DNA from: Trichoplax sp. H2
Taxonomy: Eukaryota
Length of the DNA: 64,000 bases
Reading direction: 5' to 3'
NCBI GenBank assembly: GCA_003344405.1
Contig: NOWV01000013.1
Coordinates: forward strand, 744,001 to 808,000
Shown: piece after piece, positions 15,553 through 28,526 of the stretch
How the letters are laid out: every line of letters starts with the position of its first letter
How positions within the stretch are numbered: the stretch's first letter is position 1
The notes under the pieces: model-generated
Told to the model about the DNA's origin: nothing
The model's database searches: none
What the model saw: the letters and a program-made list of their open reading frames with translations, nothing else
Made by a program: the position numbers and the translations under genes

Positions 15553-15863
15553 GTGCAGCAAAGAATTTCATGCCAAAATGATTGCATATCATACAGTACG
15601 GTTAACTGCAATATATTTCAGCTAACCTGACGTCATTATAGAGATGTCTACTGCTGTGCAGCAAAGAATTTCATGCCAAAATGATTGCATATCATACAGT
15701 ACGGTTAACTGCAATATATTTCAGCTAACCTGACGTCATTATAGAGATGTCTACTACTGTGCAGCAAAGAATTTCATGCCAAAATGATTGCATATCATAC
15801 AGTACGGTTAACTGCAATATATTTCAGCTAACCTGACGTCATTATAGAGATCTCTACTACTGT
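15553..15863. repeat. 103-bp tandem repeat x3, each unit carrying a TGACGTCA palindrome
   Basis: Units start at 15553, 15656 and 15759 (GTGCAGCAAAGAATTTCATGCC...) and are near identical. TGACGTCA occurs at 15628, 15731 and 15834. Confidence 0.95.
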
Positions 15864-16244
15864 ATAAAAAGAAAGAGAAAGACCAGAAATGGTCTTACAA
15901 TATGCTACAATTTGGAGACTATTTTACTGGTTCTTCTAACTGTAATAACGTGTGCCTACAACGAATAAGCTCGCTATATGCAATTAGATGCAGTCGATGG
16001 TTGCCGTCTAAATTAGCGGCTAGATTGGTTTTGTACAGTATGATTGACTATTTCAGTGATACCGTAGAGTAGAATGACCAGAAAGATGATAGTCCTGGTT
16101 ATTATTTTGCGCTGAAGGGCCAGTTATCGTCTCGCTCTCTTACCTACTACTCATACAGTAGTCAAGGTTGCAGTGTTTGTATACAACTACTGTAATGCCA
16201 TGCTAGTAGTAAACTGTTATTAAGGATTCTAGTGTGACACCATC

Positions 16245-16500
16245 AACTGGTACGTACTGAACTGAACCGAACTAAACTGAACCGAACTAAACTGAACTGA
16301 ACTGCACTGAACTGAACTGCACTGAACCGAACTGCATCGAACTGCACCGTACTGAACTGAACTGCACTGAACTGCACCATACTGAACTGAACCGGACTAA
16401 GCCGTGCTGAACCGGACCAGCCTGAACTGTACCGAACCGGACTGTACTGCCCTGAACCGTATCGTACTGTAACGCGCCAGACTGTACCGTACCGTACCCG
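16245..16500. repeat. Degenerate pentanucleotide satellite (ACTGA/ACCGA/ACTGC/ACCGT)n
   Basis: Continuous 5-bp periodicity. It explains the repetitive minus-strand ORFs 16243-16593 and 16287-16577. Confidence 0.92.
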
Positions 16501-16673
16501 TCGTCTCTCATCATACTGTAGAATAGAGTGGAGTCGAGCGTCGAGCGTGTTGAGGTCGTTGAAATGCCCAAATACACTAGTCAGCCTGATCATTTTTCAG
16601 TCATTCTACTATACTCTACCACTCCAACCGTATACTATACTGCCTTCTGAAGAAGAGACACTGGTACGCATGC

Positions 16674-19180
16674 GATGCTTTACCTTATTTTGATCGAGAG
16701 TATGAAGATGCATACATTAAAGAGATGGTAAGTTTAAAGGCTAAATGAGTATACTATCAATGCTACAAATGAGAATATTCTGTCTAGTGTTGGGAAGCAG
16801 TGATGTCTACGTTCAGAGGATACTGAAATTGATGATCGGCTTGTATTTTCTGCATGAAAACGACTGACGATCTTGCCTAGAAATCAATTCTTCATACTTG
16901 AACGACAGACAATTGAAATTCCATATTAGACTTTCGTAATCAATATCAGTTATCTAGTTCATTCCATTGGCGATACATATCGTAGTCAATAGGATGTGAA
17001 ACGATTGTCAAAGTGGATCATTGAAACACTGACAGTAGATTTTGTGTTAGAAATTTGCGACAATTTGTAATCTCTCTTATAAGTAGTGCGTTAATAAGAC
17101 GGATGAAATCGTTCACACGCTGAGAATTAGCTTTAGAAAGTTAACGACAACGATGTTGAAGTTTGAATAATTGACATTAATTTACAATGGATGTAGTCTG
17201 CGTGGAATAGAAATAGTTCTTAATCCATGAGCAATGATGAACATATCGTTTTCAAATGATTTATATTATGCTTTTATTATCGTGCAGGTACACCATCTAC
17301 TTGAAGAAGAAACGAAACGTTTTCGACCTTCTAAGAAATATTTAGAGAATTTACCACCACCGAATGATAGCGCCTTCGTAGTAAGTTTCTACGGTTATTT
17401 TTGAATAGCTTCAAGCGAAATATGGTTATATTAACGACGTGTTAGTAACTGAAACTGAAATACAACTACCTTGATGACGATTACAGTACAAGGCCTTTAG
17501 TGCTAAAATTTCACTGTAGTCATGATTAACATGCGTAAAGTACTCAAAGTGTGACTATTGTCGAGCTTTCATGGATACTTATTCATCTCAGCAACATGAT
17601 AATGTCATATTGTTAGCATTTGACTAAGATAACTTGATAAATCTTGATATCCCTCAGTTTGATAATTGACCAATGCGTACTAGCTAATGGCGATAGATGT
17701 AATTTGTTCGTGCAGCAATGTTGCAGTATTAAGGCTATCCATGACATTCACTCTACTAATGATAATGATATAAATGGATTAGACGCCTATTATGAAAAAA
17801 GAATTTGAAAGAATAGCTGCTAATCAACCCATGGATCTTCTCAGTATGAAAAGGTATTAATATTATACGAATATGTTCTTGATAATAACTAATACACTGA
17901 ACAATGGCTACTAGAACTTGCAAACTACTAGCCAATTATATGGTAGTGATCAAGCATAAAACTCTTAAAAATTATTGACAAGCGTATAGCTTATACAAAA
18001 TGATGGTTTATTGTGGTTGTTTTAATCTTTTCCTACACTCTTATTAGGTACGAGTTGCCTCCTCCTCCCGTAACTCAAAGAAATGACCCGCATGCTTGGA
18101 AAGAATGTGTAGATAATTCTTCGGCGCAACTAGAGCACCAGGCTGTTAGGTATTTTATGGCCTCAGTAGTAGTATAAATTTATTCAATCGTATTATAAGC
18201 CAAGGATATTTTAATGTTTTGATAGATCTTATGTTTAGATGTAACTTTACTTCGATAGTGCACTTTTTGTTGGTATATTAGCTAGTCTTCACTCATTGAC
18301 TATATGATGGAATTTTTTATTGTTTCAGGATTATTAATTTACAACTATTGACAAAATATGGCTCTAATTCATGGCGGGTCTATATAGAGTAATAATCTGA
18401 CGTTAAAGTTTATATAATCTGACATCATCGATAGCGTTACATGACTAAGGTTTGCTGTATCTTACTTGTCTGTGATGTAGATTACTAAATGAAATGCTAA
18501 CTAACCAAAGAAAAGAAGTTCAAGGATTAACGTAAGCGTAATTTGTTATTTGTCGGCTATTTTCTTCTCTATTACATTCTCAGCAATGAGTGGTGGTAAT
18601 ATTTTTCAAGTTATCGATAAGTTTGTGGTACCTTATTCACGTTATGGAAAAAATTTCTGATTCTTTTATTGTACAGGAGAAAAATTCAAGAAATTAATTG
18701 GCAAAGAAAGAACGAGCAGGTAGCGTAAATACAGCAATTTATACTTTCGCATAGGTATTTGCGAAATGAATTTTATATTTATCTATCGTCTGCTATACAC
18801 ATAGACAAACTGTGGAAGTGAATTGGCTAACTTAGAAGCTAGGTAAGTGAATTCAGAGTACAGTTTATTGCTGCTGAAAATAAAATATAATTCTAATGGT
18901 TATATATGAGCAACCAGCGTCATACAGTTTCATGATATAGACAAGGTTTTATTGATGTTTTAGGTTTGAGGCTAAATACGTTATTTAAGAGCAAACATAC
19001 ACTACATTTCTGTTCTTTTACTTCATAATATTCTTACATGTATTATATAATTACAGCTGGTTTGCTATGGTGCGAAAAAATTACGATATTGAGCAAGCAT
19101 GCTTGGAACTCGAAGCCCAAATTGACGCTTCTAGCAAGGAAATGGGCACTAGGTATGTTGATAGTCCAGTATTGACGTAA
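16674..19180 (+). CDS. BCAS2: Pre-mRNA splicing factor SPF27 / BCAS2 (start codon not located)
   Basis: Exons encode [11 protein letters not shown] (16674-16727), [16 protein letters not shown] (17288-17380), [28 protein letters not shown]...[54 protein letters not shown] and [19 protein letters not shown], all collinear with SPF27. The stop is at 19178-19180 unless the possible donor at 19153 is used. Confidence 0.95.
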
Positions 19181-20537
19181 TATTGTTTAACTTCTGAAGT
19201 ATTTTCATAATCTTCTTAGTGCACAGAACGGGAATAACGTCAATATTCAAGAAGAAAGTTAGCGTCTCTTTGCCATCTGTAATATTCTGTAAATTTTTAT
19301 TGTAACTACCCATAATATAACAATTTTCTATTTCCTGAAGTACATTTAGCATTCATGTTAAATACTCAATTTCTACTAATATCTGTAGAATTACTGTTTT
19401 ACATGAATACATCGGATGGATATTGCCTAATTATTTGTTATGAAATTGCTGTAGAAGCATCCCAGAAGGCAAGCTTCTGGGATCTCCCAGTAAATATCTC
19501 CGCATATAAAATGATTATTACTAGTTTGTTGCAGACAGTTATATTGTCTTTCATTTTTAGTACCAACCATAAATTTTTCTAAGCTTACACGTATTAGTGA
19601 TGTTTTGACACTTAGAATAGTTAGTCTAGCATAGTGAAGCGTTCGTGTCGTTGTTACATCTAGCCATCTGATGGTACTTACCTGTGATTTTTAATTTTTG
19701 TGTTGCTTTTTTTGTACGTTATGAGGTTGCACAATCGTACCTGTACTATGAAGATTTTGTATTATATGTACCTTATCGCGTATATCATCTTAATTATACA
19801 GTAATACATATTATTCATTTAGTACGGTGTACTAGGCCACTTTCTGGCTATTTTATTATTTTTAAAACCATGTGAATGCTTATCCGTGATTCGAAGATAT
19901 ATGGTTCTTGCGGTATATTGATCTCATATGAATACGTAAGAGTGCCGACGTCATAATGAATACGAATAGGGTCGATGATGGTTCGTCGGGTTAGCCCTGA
20001 TTACTTCTACTTGAAAATAAAAACTGTTAATAATCTCTGTTGTTAAATTTAAAATTTTTAATGTTTTTTAATACATTACATGAGTGAAAAGCAAGAATGT
20101 GTTATATACGTATAAGTATTATTAGGTTTTGCATACAAAATATTAATAAATGAGCCCGAGATTTACACAAGGCGTTATATTATAGTATTTCTAACCAAAA
20201 GGCAAAGCTAAATTCAGTTTACAATTACTGTTTGATAACAATGACCTTCCCAAATGAGTAACACATAAACTTAGAGGAGAATTTACAATTGGGCAATTTA
20301 TAATCTAATATTACACCCTATCTAACCGCCAACCGTAACTATAGCAACACAAGTTATTAATATTAAATTCATACGCAGAACAGGAGGCAGTATTCCAATC
20401 ATTATATACGCTCTTGGCTAATAATTTTTCATAGTATGATCTCTCTAGTACCGTAAATATTGCCTTTACAATATAGCAATCTGTAAACATCGATATACCC
20501 ACTAAATACGTTTTTGTTACCATCTATAAAAAAATGT

Positions 20538-23438
20538 TTAGTTGCCAAACGCTTTAGAAATCCTGTCGGGTTGTAAATCAGTGCTTAAGCTGATTTTCAT
20601 AAACTTACTGCTGGAATATTTGGTTCTTACAGCCTATGAGTTAAAGCAGAACTAGCGATTAATAAGTGTCTTTTGTCTAGAAGTATATTAGATAGACATT
20701 AAGCTGTGATGTAAGCGATAAAGTGCAGGAAGAAATTTTTAGTAGTATTAACCTGATATTTGGATGTAGCTGATTTAGATACTATATTAACAATTTTTCG
20801 AGCAATTGGATATAGCTTTTCTTCTGTATAACCACTGTAGTGTTGTAAAGTTGCGTTCCATTCGAATTGATTACAAATTTTAACAGCTAGTAAAAGAGAT
20901 GCACTGGCAATTTCTGAGGGTAAAAGAGAGACCATATCGTATTCTGGTAAGCATAATTCCATGAAATACTTCGCCATGGTGTGGTGTTGGCTATCGACCT
21001 AAAGGAATTGTAAATATATCGTATACTGTATAAGTGCTATGGAACAATATGAGCACATAAGCTATAATTTTATAATTATCAAATAAGTTCATTAGAAAAA
21101 TTTGTTAGCTTCTTCAAGGACTACCTAATTTGAATATTTTGGGACTAAGCTTTACGCTCTAAATTTAATTATAGCAATTTTAAAGATAACTTACATTTCC
21201 AGCTTTTGAATTACGCCGAAGAAAGTGTAAACTCAGAGGGTTTCCTAAGTTGAAATTTAATGTTTTCAACATAGTCACCTCCATGTCTAATATTTCATTT
21301 TTGGTGTAAGCATTGTCTGTTATATACACAAAATCTGCCACTTCTGGTGCGTAAATTTCTTCATATTTTGAAGCTATTAACATAGCAGTTACACCGACCA
21401 ATTGTAGTTTACTTCGATGAATTGATTGGGTCTAAAACGATTTTTAACCAGACAAATAATTAAGTCAAGACGTATTATTATGATCGGATAATTTACAACG
21501 CTAATACAACAGTTCCAGTAATGAAATTTGCTTGTATGCCACAAATACACAAGGTAATTATATACAAACAAAACTCGATTATTAAAGCCTAAAGCTCTAA
21601 TCAACTTACCTGTAAAAAGCGGTCAATAATATTGACGGTCAAGTAGAGAGTCTCTTGTAGGAGGTGAAATCTTAAGTGAACTTGAATTAACCAATCAATT
21701 AGTATAGTTCTCATTTTTTCATTAATTTGCTGTCCAGCCAAAAATTTATCATTAATGCGATATGTTATCTGTAAGTTAGAAAAATCAAGATCATTAAAAG
21801 TTGACACTCTCTAGGTAGAGATTAAAAGACACGAATAGTCCTGCTTCTATGTGAGTATGATAATATGATATTATGCCTTTATAAAGTGTATGTATAGATG
21901 AATAAAGAAAGAAGATATTTGTAGAGTTACTAGGTATTTATATTAATATACGATGTTAATGATTACACATTGATTTATATATACTACACTTTTAGTTTAA
22001 AATTTTAATATAGTAAATAAATTTAATTATAACTCAAACTTGTATTTTTACAAAATTTTATATGAATTAGTGGTTGAAGAAATTTATCATGTTAAGGCTT
22101 TACAAATAATAAATTCTTATTCATGAAGTGTCTTCATTTTTACAGTTTGTTTGCTAGTGTTAGGTTATACTAAAGAGCGTGCTAAATCATACAGTAGTTA
22201 TGAAACTTGACAGATACCAATAAGTGTGTGGTTGTCTGATTAAATTGACTACGCTAGCATAAGAGAAGATAGTTAATAGCTAAAGTAACATAATTTTATA
22301 TTTTAACGAGTGACTGATATTTTCAATTTACCTCCAATTGCCTCATGTGATGATAAATTTCATTTATATATTCCGCAACTAGTTGCGGGTTATCAAAGTC
22401 GGCTCGATCGATATCTTCAATATCATCTTGGACTTCTTCCGTCAGTACAGGAGTTGGATCTTTCACACTTTCGGTAGTTTTTGTAAATAGGGCTAAATGT
22501 GCGTTTGCAACATTTCGAGAAAGTGTAGACTTTGATGTTTGTGTAGGTCCTTTTGTACTTGCCTATCATTTTAAAATAGATGTATTTAATTATAGTGCTA
22601 CTTCAAGGCTAGAATATTTGACTTTTGTACAAAGGTTCTCCGTTTATGATTGACTAACTACTGCCTTGATTTTGCTATTAGAATTGTTTAGGTAGAGCTT
22701 GGCATCCGATCATTACACGGCTAAAGTACATTTCTGTCTATATCGGTAACGTAATGAGTATGCAGAATGTAGCTAGCTAGTGTCGTATTTAATTGATGGC
22801 CTATCGTCACAAGGCGACACTAAAACTATGTTCAGCTCAATGAAAGATATTTACGTTAAAAATAAGATTTAAAGAATCGTTATGCTAATGATATTGCGCA
22901 TGTATATTTTTAATTTTGAAAATTTTTTGAAATTGATTGCATTAGCGTAATCGTTATAGATAGGAACGGAAAGAACTAATATTTTTATTTATTTCAATAT
23001 ACTGTACCTTTTTACCCTTGCCAACAGGATCTTTATTTTCTTTATTTCCAATATCTCCTAAAGCAGCACGATTGGAGTCTCGTTGAAATGCCTTGGCAGC
23101 CAAGATATTACCGTGGGTAGTATTTTCATTGATACCCCTGGTTCCACGTCTACCTTGCTGTATTCAATTATTGAATTGGAATGTTGTTATATGTAAGTGT
23201 ACTTCAATAGATATGTTATGCGATAATATAGATTGATGTCTACTTGTGAATAGTATTGGCTATGAATTATATTGATTGAACGACTGAAATAGTAAAAATT
23301 GATTGATAGTCCATGTGGAAAAGGACGACAACAAGAATGGTATTGCAATGGGGAAATGGAAACATTCAATAAGTAGTACATTAGCTCAGTAGATCATCTT
23401 GTAAGACTTACCACACCACTAGTATAGCGTAGGGCCAT
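20538..23438 (-). CDS. CCNB: G2/M-specific cyclin B (B1/B2 type), 7 coding exons
   Basis: Exon 23438-23412 MALRYTSGV. Exon 23157-23008 carries the destruction box RAALGDIGN. Later exons give [16 protein letters not shown], the cyclin box [71 protein letters not shown] and [15 protein letters not shown]...AFGN-stop (TAA 20540-20538). Confidence 0.96.
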
Positions 23439-23523
23439 GTTATTTTTTCTTGAAAAAATGAAGAGAGAGAATCTAAATCGTACAAACAACATTACCAGAC
23501 GCCATTAGAAAAAATAATGGCCA

Positions 23524-23529
23524 TTCAAA
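23524..23529 (-). promoter_or_regulatory. Putative CHR element (TTTGAA) upstream of cyclin B
   Basis: The minus strand reads GATTTGAATGG ~85 bp upstream of the ATG, and CCAAT occurs at 23632 and 23766. CHR plus CCAAT is the known G2/M promoter layout in animals, but a 6-mer is weak evidence in AT-rich DNA. Confidence 0.45.
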
Positions 23530-24054
23530 TCGAGTGGCTTGTATCCTGCATTCGTCAATAAATCAGTAGACTACATATCAACAATCTCAAATAGGAAAAA
23601 TTTCCCTATTTCAATCTTACATTGAAGTGATCCAATATCAAGTTGCTGTGAATATTTTGGGGTGGCCAAAGAGGGAGAGAAAATCCAGCGGGTGAAACTT
23701 TGCTTCGACTTGTAACACTGGAACGTAATGTGACTCTACGTTCCTTTTAACTTGAAGCGTTGGTCCCAATATAAATAGTCAAGTGTCAACCAGATAGTAT
23801 GCAGAATATGAAGGCAGACATGAATCTATCCTACTTTGGGTGTGATTTCTAACTTCCAGCCAGTCAGTAAAGTTTGTATGGACTGCAGGAGTCATTTCAG
23901 TATATAGATTGGTCGAGTTGGAGATGAATGGATGACTGCACTCACTCTGGTATCATTGGAGGTGTACAATTGAAAAGTTGACGTTTTTTTTAAATTCGGC
24001 GACGCATCCTTGGCTGGCATTTGATTGGCTAGTTTGTCTCAGTGTCGTAACCGA

Positions 24055-24290
24055 CCACCAGTACGGTACAGTACAGTACAGGTTGAAAAGTACTGTAGCA
24101 GTACAGTACTGTACAATACTGTACACGCTATACAGTACTGTACTGTACTGTACTGCATTTGTTGGACGGTAAAATGCGCTGTAATACTGTAGCGAATTTA
24201 CTGTTACACGATACAAACTTGTCATTATAACGCGTTGTAAGTGTGAACGGCATACTGTACGTCCATGTACACAGTACTGTATAGAGAACA
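24055..24290. repeat. (CAGTA)n/(TACTG)n pentamer tracts in inverted orientation; a second patch at ~24555-24645
   Basis: CAGTACGGTACAGTACAGTACAG at ~24059 is followed by TACTGTACTGTACTGTACTG at ~24135. This explains ORFs 23953-24297 and 23978-24172. Confidence 0.75.
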
Positions 24291-27200
24291 TAGACAATAA
24301 AGAGAGAATAGGACTTAGTGATAGTTTTAAAATAACTTCAACTATGTGTACAATCTCTTGTCTCCCATACTAATTGAGAGTAGTAAGAACCTTCAATACA
24401 GTTGTTAGTATTAATTCTACAGAGTAATATAATACACTGTGTAATCAATCAAAATTCCCCCTTGCATAAAGGCTGTCACCCACGCGCTAGAAAGACAAGA
24501 CAAACCCTTATTCCCTCTCTACGACAAGGGTGACAATTTGGATACACGTACACAATAAATGGACAGTATAGTACAGTACAGTACCGTCCATAAAATGTTG
24601 TCAACACTGTACTGTACACTGTACAGCAAGTACTGTACTGTAGGTCTGTTTACTAACTTACTGCTAACTAATTGAAATGAATTAATTAATTAAATTAAGC
24701 AGAAATGATAAAAAGTTTCAACGTGATATTACTTTATTTAGAAAATATTAGTCAATTCAAACTCGACCGTCTACTTGCTAAAGTACTTAAATTTTCTCAA
24801 ATGTCAATGTTTTTAATAATACCGTACACAGAGTACGGGCAGTAATGTCAATGCTGTCTGTCTGATTATCAAAATCATGGACAGTTGAAGCAATTCTCCT
24901 CCTTCAGTATTGCCATAACGAAGAGAGTCATCAGTCTACGTACAGTAGGTCTTCTTCGTCTACAGTAATCCATGACTATAGTCAATTCATTAAGGTTAAG
25001 GTAGTCCTTGGTCAAGACCTTCGATCGTAATTAGTGGTGCATACTGTCCGCGTTCATAGAATTACTATATGACCGTTCGTAGACGGTTTAACGGTGCTTT
25101 TTATTCAAATAAACGGTCTGCCCTTCGTCCACAATGTTGGGACCTTGAATTCCATGTAGAACAGTAGCTCTAGCAGGCTATTTCGTTTGATTGAATTTGA
25201 ATACGGTCTACTGTATGTTTCTGTGTTGTTCATTCAAACTGTCAGGGTTAAATGCCCATAGTCTTTGACTGTGGAAATTTTCACGTACCATCGCTGCAGT
25301 CCTAATTCTGTTAATGTATATGAGATTCCGCTATGTTGTTTGTTGCAATGAACAGTATTTACTGTTAATAACTATAAAGCGAAAGAAAAACCACTTCACA
25401 GGATCTTATAATTAATCAAGTATTCTCCGTAATAAAAGATCAGAAAGTTGGTATATTATTAAGCAACAGAATACAGTAGATCATCTCAGTGTGTGTTTAA
25501 AAAGTACGTCGCTGCACTATTTAAAAGAGATTGTATTATGAAAGCACATAAGATCTGAAACTAACGTTTTCCATAGTCAAATTTACATCAAAATAATATC
25601 TCTAAGGTATGCTAATGCACAGATCTTCATTCGCCTTTTTTCGGTTAATGAATAAGCTAAACAACCAACTAATCATAATGCTTACTAAGCTAGCTGTGTC
25701 TACATAAAATCTGCAAACAAGAACTATCGTATACTATTCAATATGCAGACTGTAGACCGATCCCAATCTATTTTACAGTCCAGTGTATAACACCCGTCAA
25801 TTAGTGCAACTGCACAGCCAGCTCCAGCTTATTGTAAATACGCGTATAGCTGATCTTACGATACTAGAAATCATTCAGATCTCATCAATTACCCACATAA
25901 AAGTGAAATTTCTTCGAAAGAATGTACTTTCGACCTACTATAGGTAAGTATACTTGATCATCTATTAATAGCGATAGCTCTAGCTATTAGAGTAAGCTAT
26001 CCAATTCCTAAATATCAAATGATGGTTAGTGCAAAAATGCTACTGTAAAAATAGTGCGGTAAATAGAATGCTAAACATAGCAAGAGGAGAATTATCGGTC
26101 GAAAATGCCGTATTATAAAATAAGTGAGTGGGTCATAGTAATTATGGTACTACTGTCATGGAATAGTAATCAGTCACATCTGAAAATTTCTTTTTCCATC
26201 GTTTGTAAAATATATCTTATTTGTTTGAACAGCATTTTAAATTTAAATTCAACAAAACTGAATTTTATATCTTTTAACCTACCTATCCGTCCATTACTTT
26301 TTAAAATATTACAAGCTATAACACTAATTTAAACGTTTGAACGTAATAATTTAGACCTGATTCTAAAAATATTACAATATCACTACGGTACGGTAATTAA
26401 CAGCAAAGGCTAATCAATGATTAACAATATTTCGAGTGCAAAGAAAATTGAGTGGTGTTGGACATTTAAGATTACAAGATCTAATATCTTTTCGATTAGA
26501 CTACCAGGTTAATAACTATTTATGCTGTTCTACGTATACTGGCAGTAAATACTAACAAATGAAGTAGGTTTATTAATCCAGCATCACACCGCCTTTCACT
26601 TTGCTACACTCTTTCAGCTAGATCGGCGACAAACCCATATGATATGTGTGTTGCCTGGACAACCTTTCTAATATAAAAGTAGTAGATAGTTACACGACAG
26701 TCACTGACTTCCATAATTAGCTAAAATAATATAATGGACTAGTGATAGCTACTAGTATATGAAATGAAGTCATTGGGTTGATTCTATTTTCCCCCCAATA
26801 GATGGATAATCTAAGCAAGACTAAGCGAAATTTTAATAAGTTTACATAGCATCTTCTTCCGTATGCTATAAAAAAATTTGAAGGAAGTTGTTGTTATTCT
26901 CGTTGGTTCCTTACTATTGTTTCGATATGATTGTCTAAATTATTGCATCTTTTATGAAGTTTGCAGAGGAAAGTCATGTATTATTTTGCTCATTTGTACT
27001 TATTTAAAATTTGAAGGTTGTTTTTCTCCTCTTCCATACTTTACCATTGCTTTTCAATTTAACACAGGTTATCGTCAAAGTATATATAATAATAACATAC
27101 ATATTCGCCAGCTAATAATCTTTTGTTAAAATTGGCTAGTAGGAACGAAGTTTTTTGTATGCGTATGATCAATCCAATAAAATCACCCGAGTGAATGAAT

Positions 27201-27569
27201 ATTATAGAAATCGTTCTAGTTGATTTACATGATAGCGTAGGTAACTCTTGTATTCTAATGCACTATAATGTCTGGAATAAGTAAGTTATTGTTATAAAAG
27301 GGTCTAGTTTTCTACACGCTCTTTGATACATAACCGCTTACTGCATAGCAATAATTTGAAAATTGTAAGCCAAATTGCGTTCTACATAATCATCTATCCG
27401 TTCTGTAGTACTTTAAATTTATTTCACGAAACTGTGGCCAAAGGCTCTTCTCCCCTATACTAATTGGTGAACATGATTAATATACTATATTTTACACATG
27501 GACAGGCACTTCATAGTGATCTGCTTAATATTATGCAGTAATTCAATCTACTTTATAGTAGAATTTGTC

Positions 27570-28526
27570 AAACGAAGAAATTATCTTATATAGCTTTAGT
27601 AAACAATAACAAATTCTTTTGTTTCATAGTTTAATTATATTTTTTGCATACAATCTAATAGCAGGTTAGAAGTGTAGATGCTAGATAGATATTACAATAA
27701 AATTTAATTAAAATCTCCATTAATCAAATATTTTTCGTTTATTAAAGTGAGTGCTGCACCTTTCTTCAGAATTTGGATGTAATATTTGATTAGATGTCTT
27801 AATAGCGGAGCTAGATTACTATAACAAGAACTAAAAACGTCTGCTTAAATTAACTTACCATGAAATCTAAGCCGCCTATATTAGACTTTAATAACTTTGC
27901 AGGATAAGCTAATTTGCATAAGAAACTTTGCTTAATACTATACGTCGGCTTTTATTGTACCTACTTACCTACCATTTAAATAAAATTGTTGTCAGATACA
28001 TAAAATAATTACGCTTTTTTCCATAATTTATTCACTGTGAATTATAAAGTAGATCTCTGCAAATACAAAAACAGTATAGTATACCTTATTACTTTAGCTT
28101 TCAGCTAAAAAGCACAACATTTAATATAATTTTTTTTAACACCTCTTACAATAGCATCGAGTTTCAGTTGCCACTGTTATTATTTATCATAATTATTGAA
28201 ATTAAAAAAAATTCTGGCAGTGCATAAAAGTTTCAATCTGTTACATCATCTTTAAGTTTGATCTATTAACACTGTATTGGTCTGGATTTAATATAAACTA
28301 CAGTGAGAACTTGAGGGTTTGTGAATAGTGTAAAATACTGATAAAGAGATTCGTTGGAGCTTGCTATTAATTTAATAATCTAAACAACAATATATACGAT
28401 TAAGGTATAAATCTTTTCATGTAATTTATCTTCATTGATTTTGGGATAAGTCTATAATATGCGTTCATACCACCTGTTGGCTAGACATAATACGTCCTCA
28501 GCACCTACCGAAACAATAACGTAAGT
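27570..28526 (+). pseudogene. Diverged, geneless duplicate of the gene A upstream region and first exon (paralogous to ~29280-30462)
   Basis: Collinear anchors: AACGAAGAAATTATC 27571/29280; AGAATTTGGAT 27768/29454; AATTTATTCAC.GTGA ~28025/29726; TTTCAATCTG ~28231/29984; CACCTG.TGG.TAGA 28471/30238; donor GAAAC...AAC|GTAAG 28521/30458. No precursor ORF follows the first copy. Confidence 0.65.

Noticed and set aside
15553-15863. Regularly spaced repeats as a possible CRISPR array
   Set aside because: The units are contiguous 103-bp copies with no unique spacers, there are no cas genes, and the DNA is eukaryotic.
16243-16593. Minus-strand ORFs with VQFSA/SSVQF repeats
   Set aside because: They are translations of the pentanucleotide satellite, with no sign of a real gene.
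20100-20537. CPE-like U-rich elements in the cyclin B 3'UTR
   Set aside because: Such motifs are expected by chance at this AT content, and the poly(A) site is unknown.
23953-24297. ORFs rich in VQYC/TVLY
   Set aside because: Products of the CAGTA/TACTG simple repeats.
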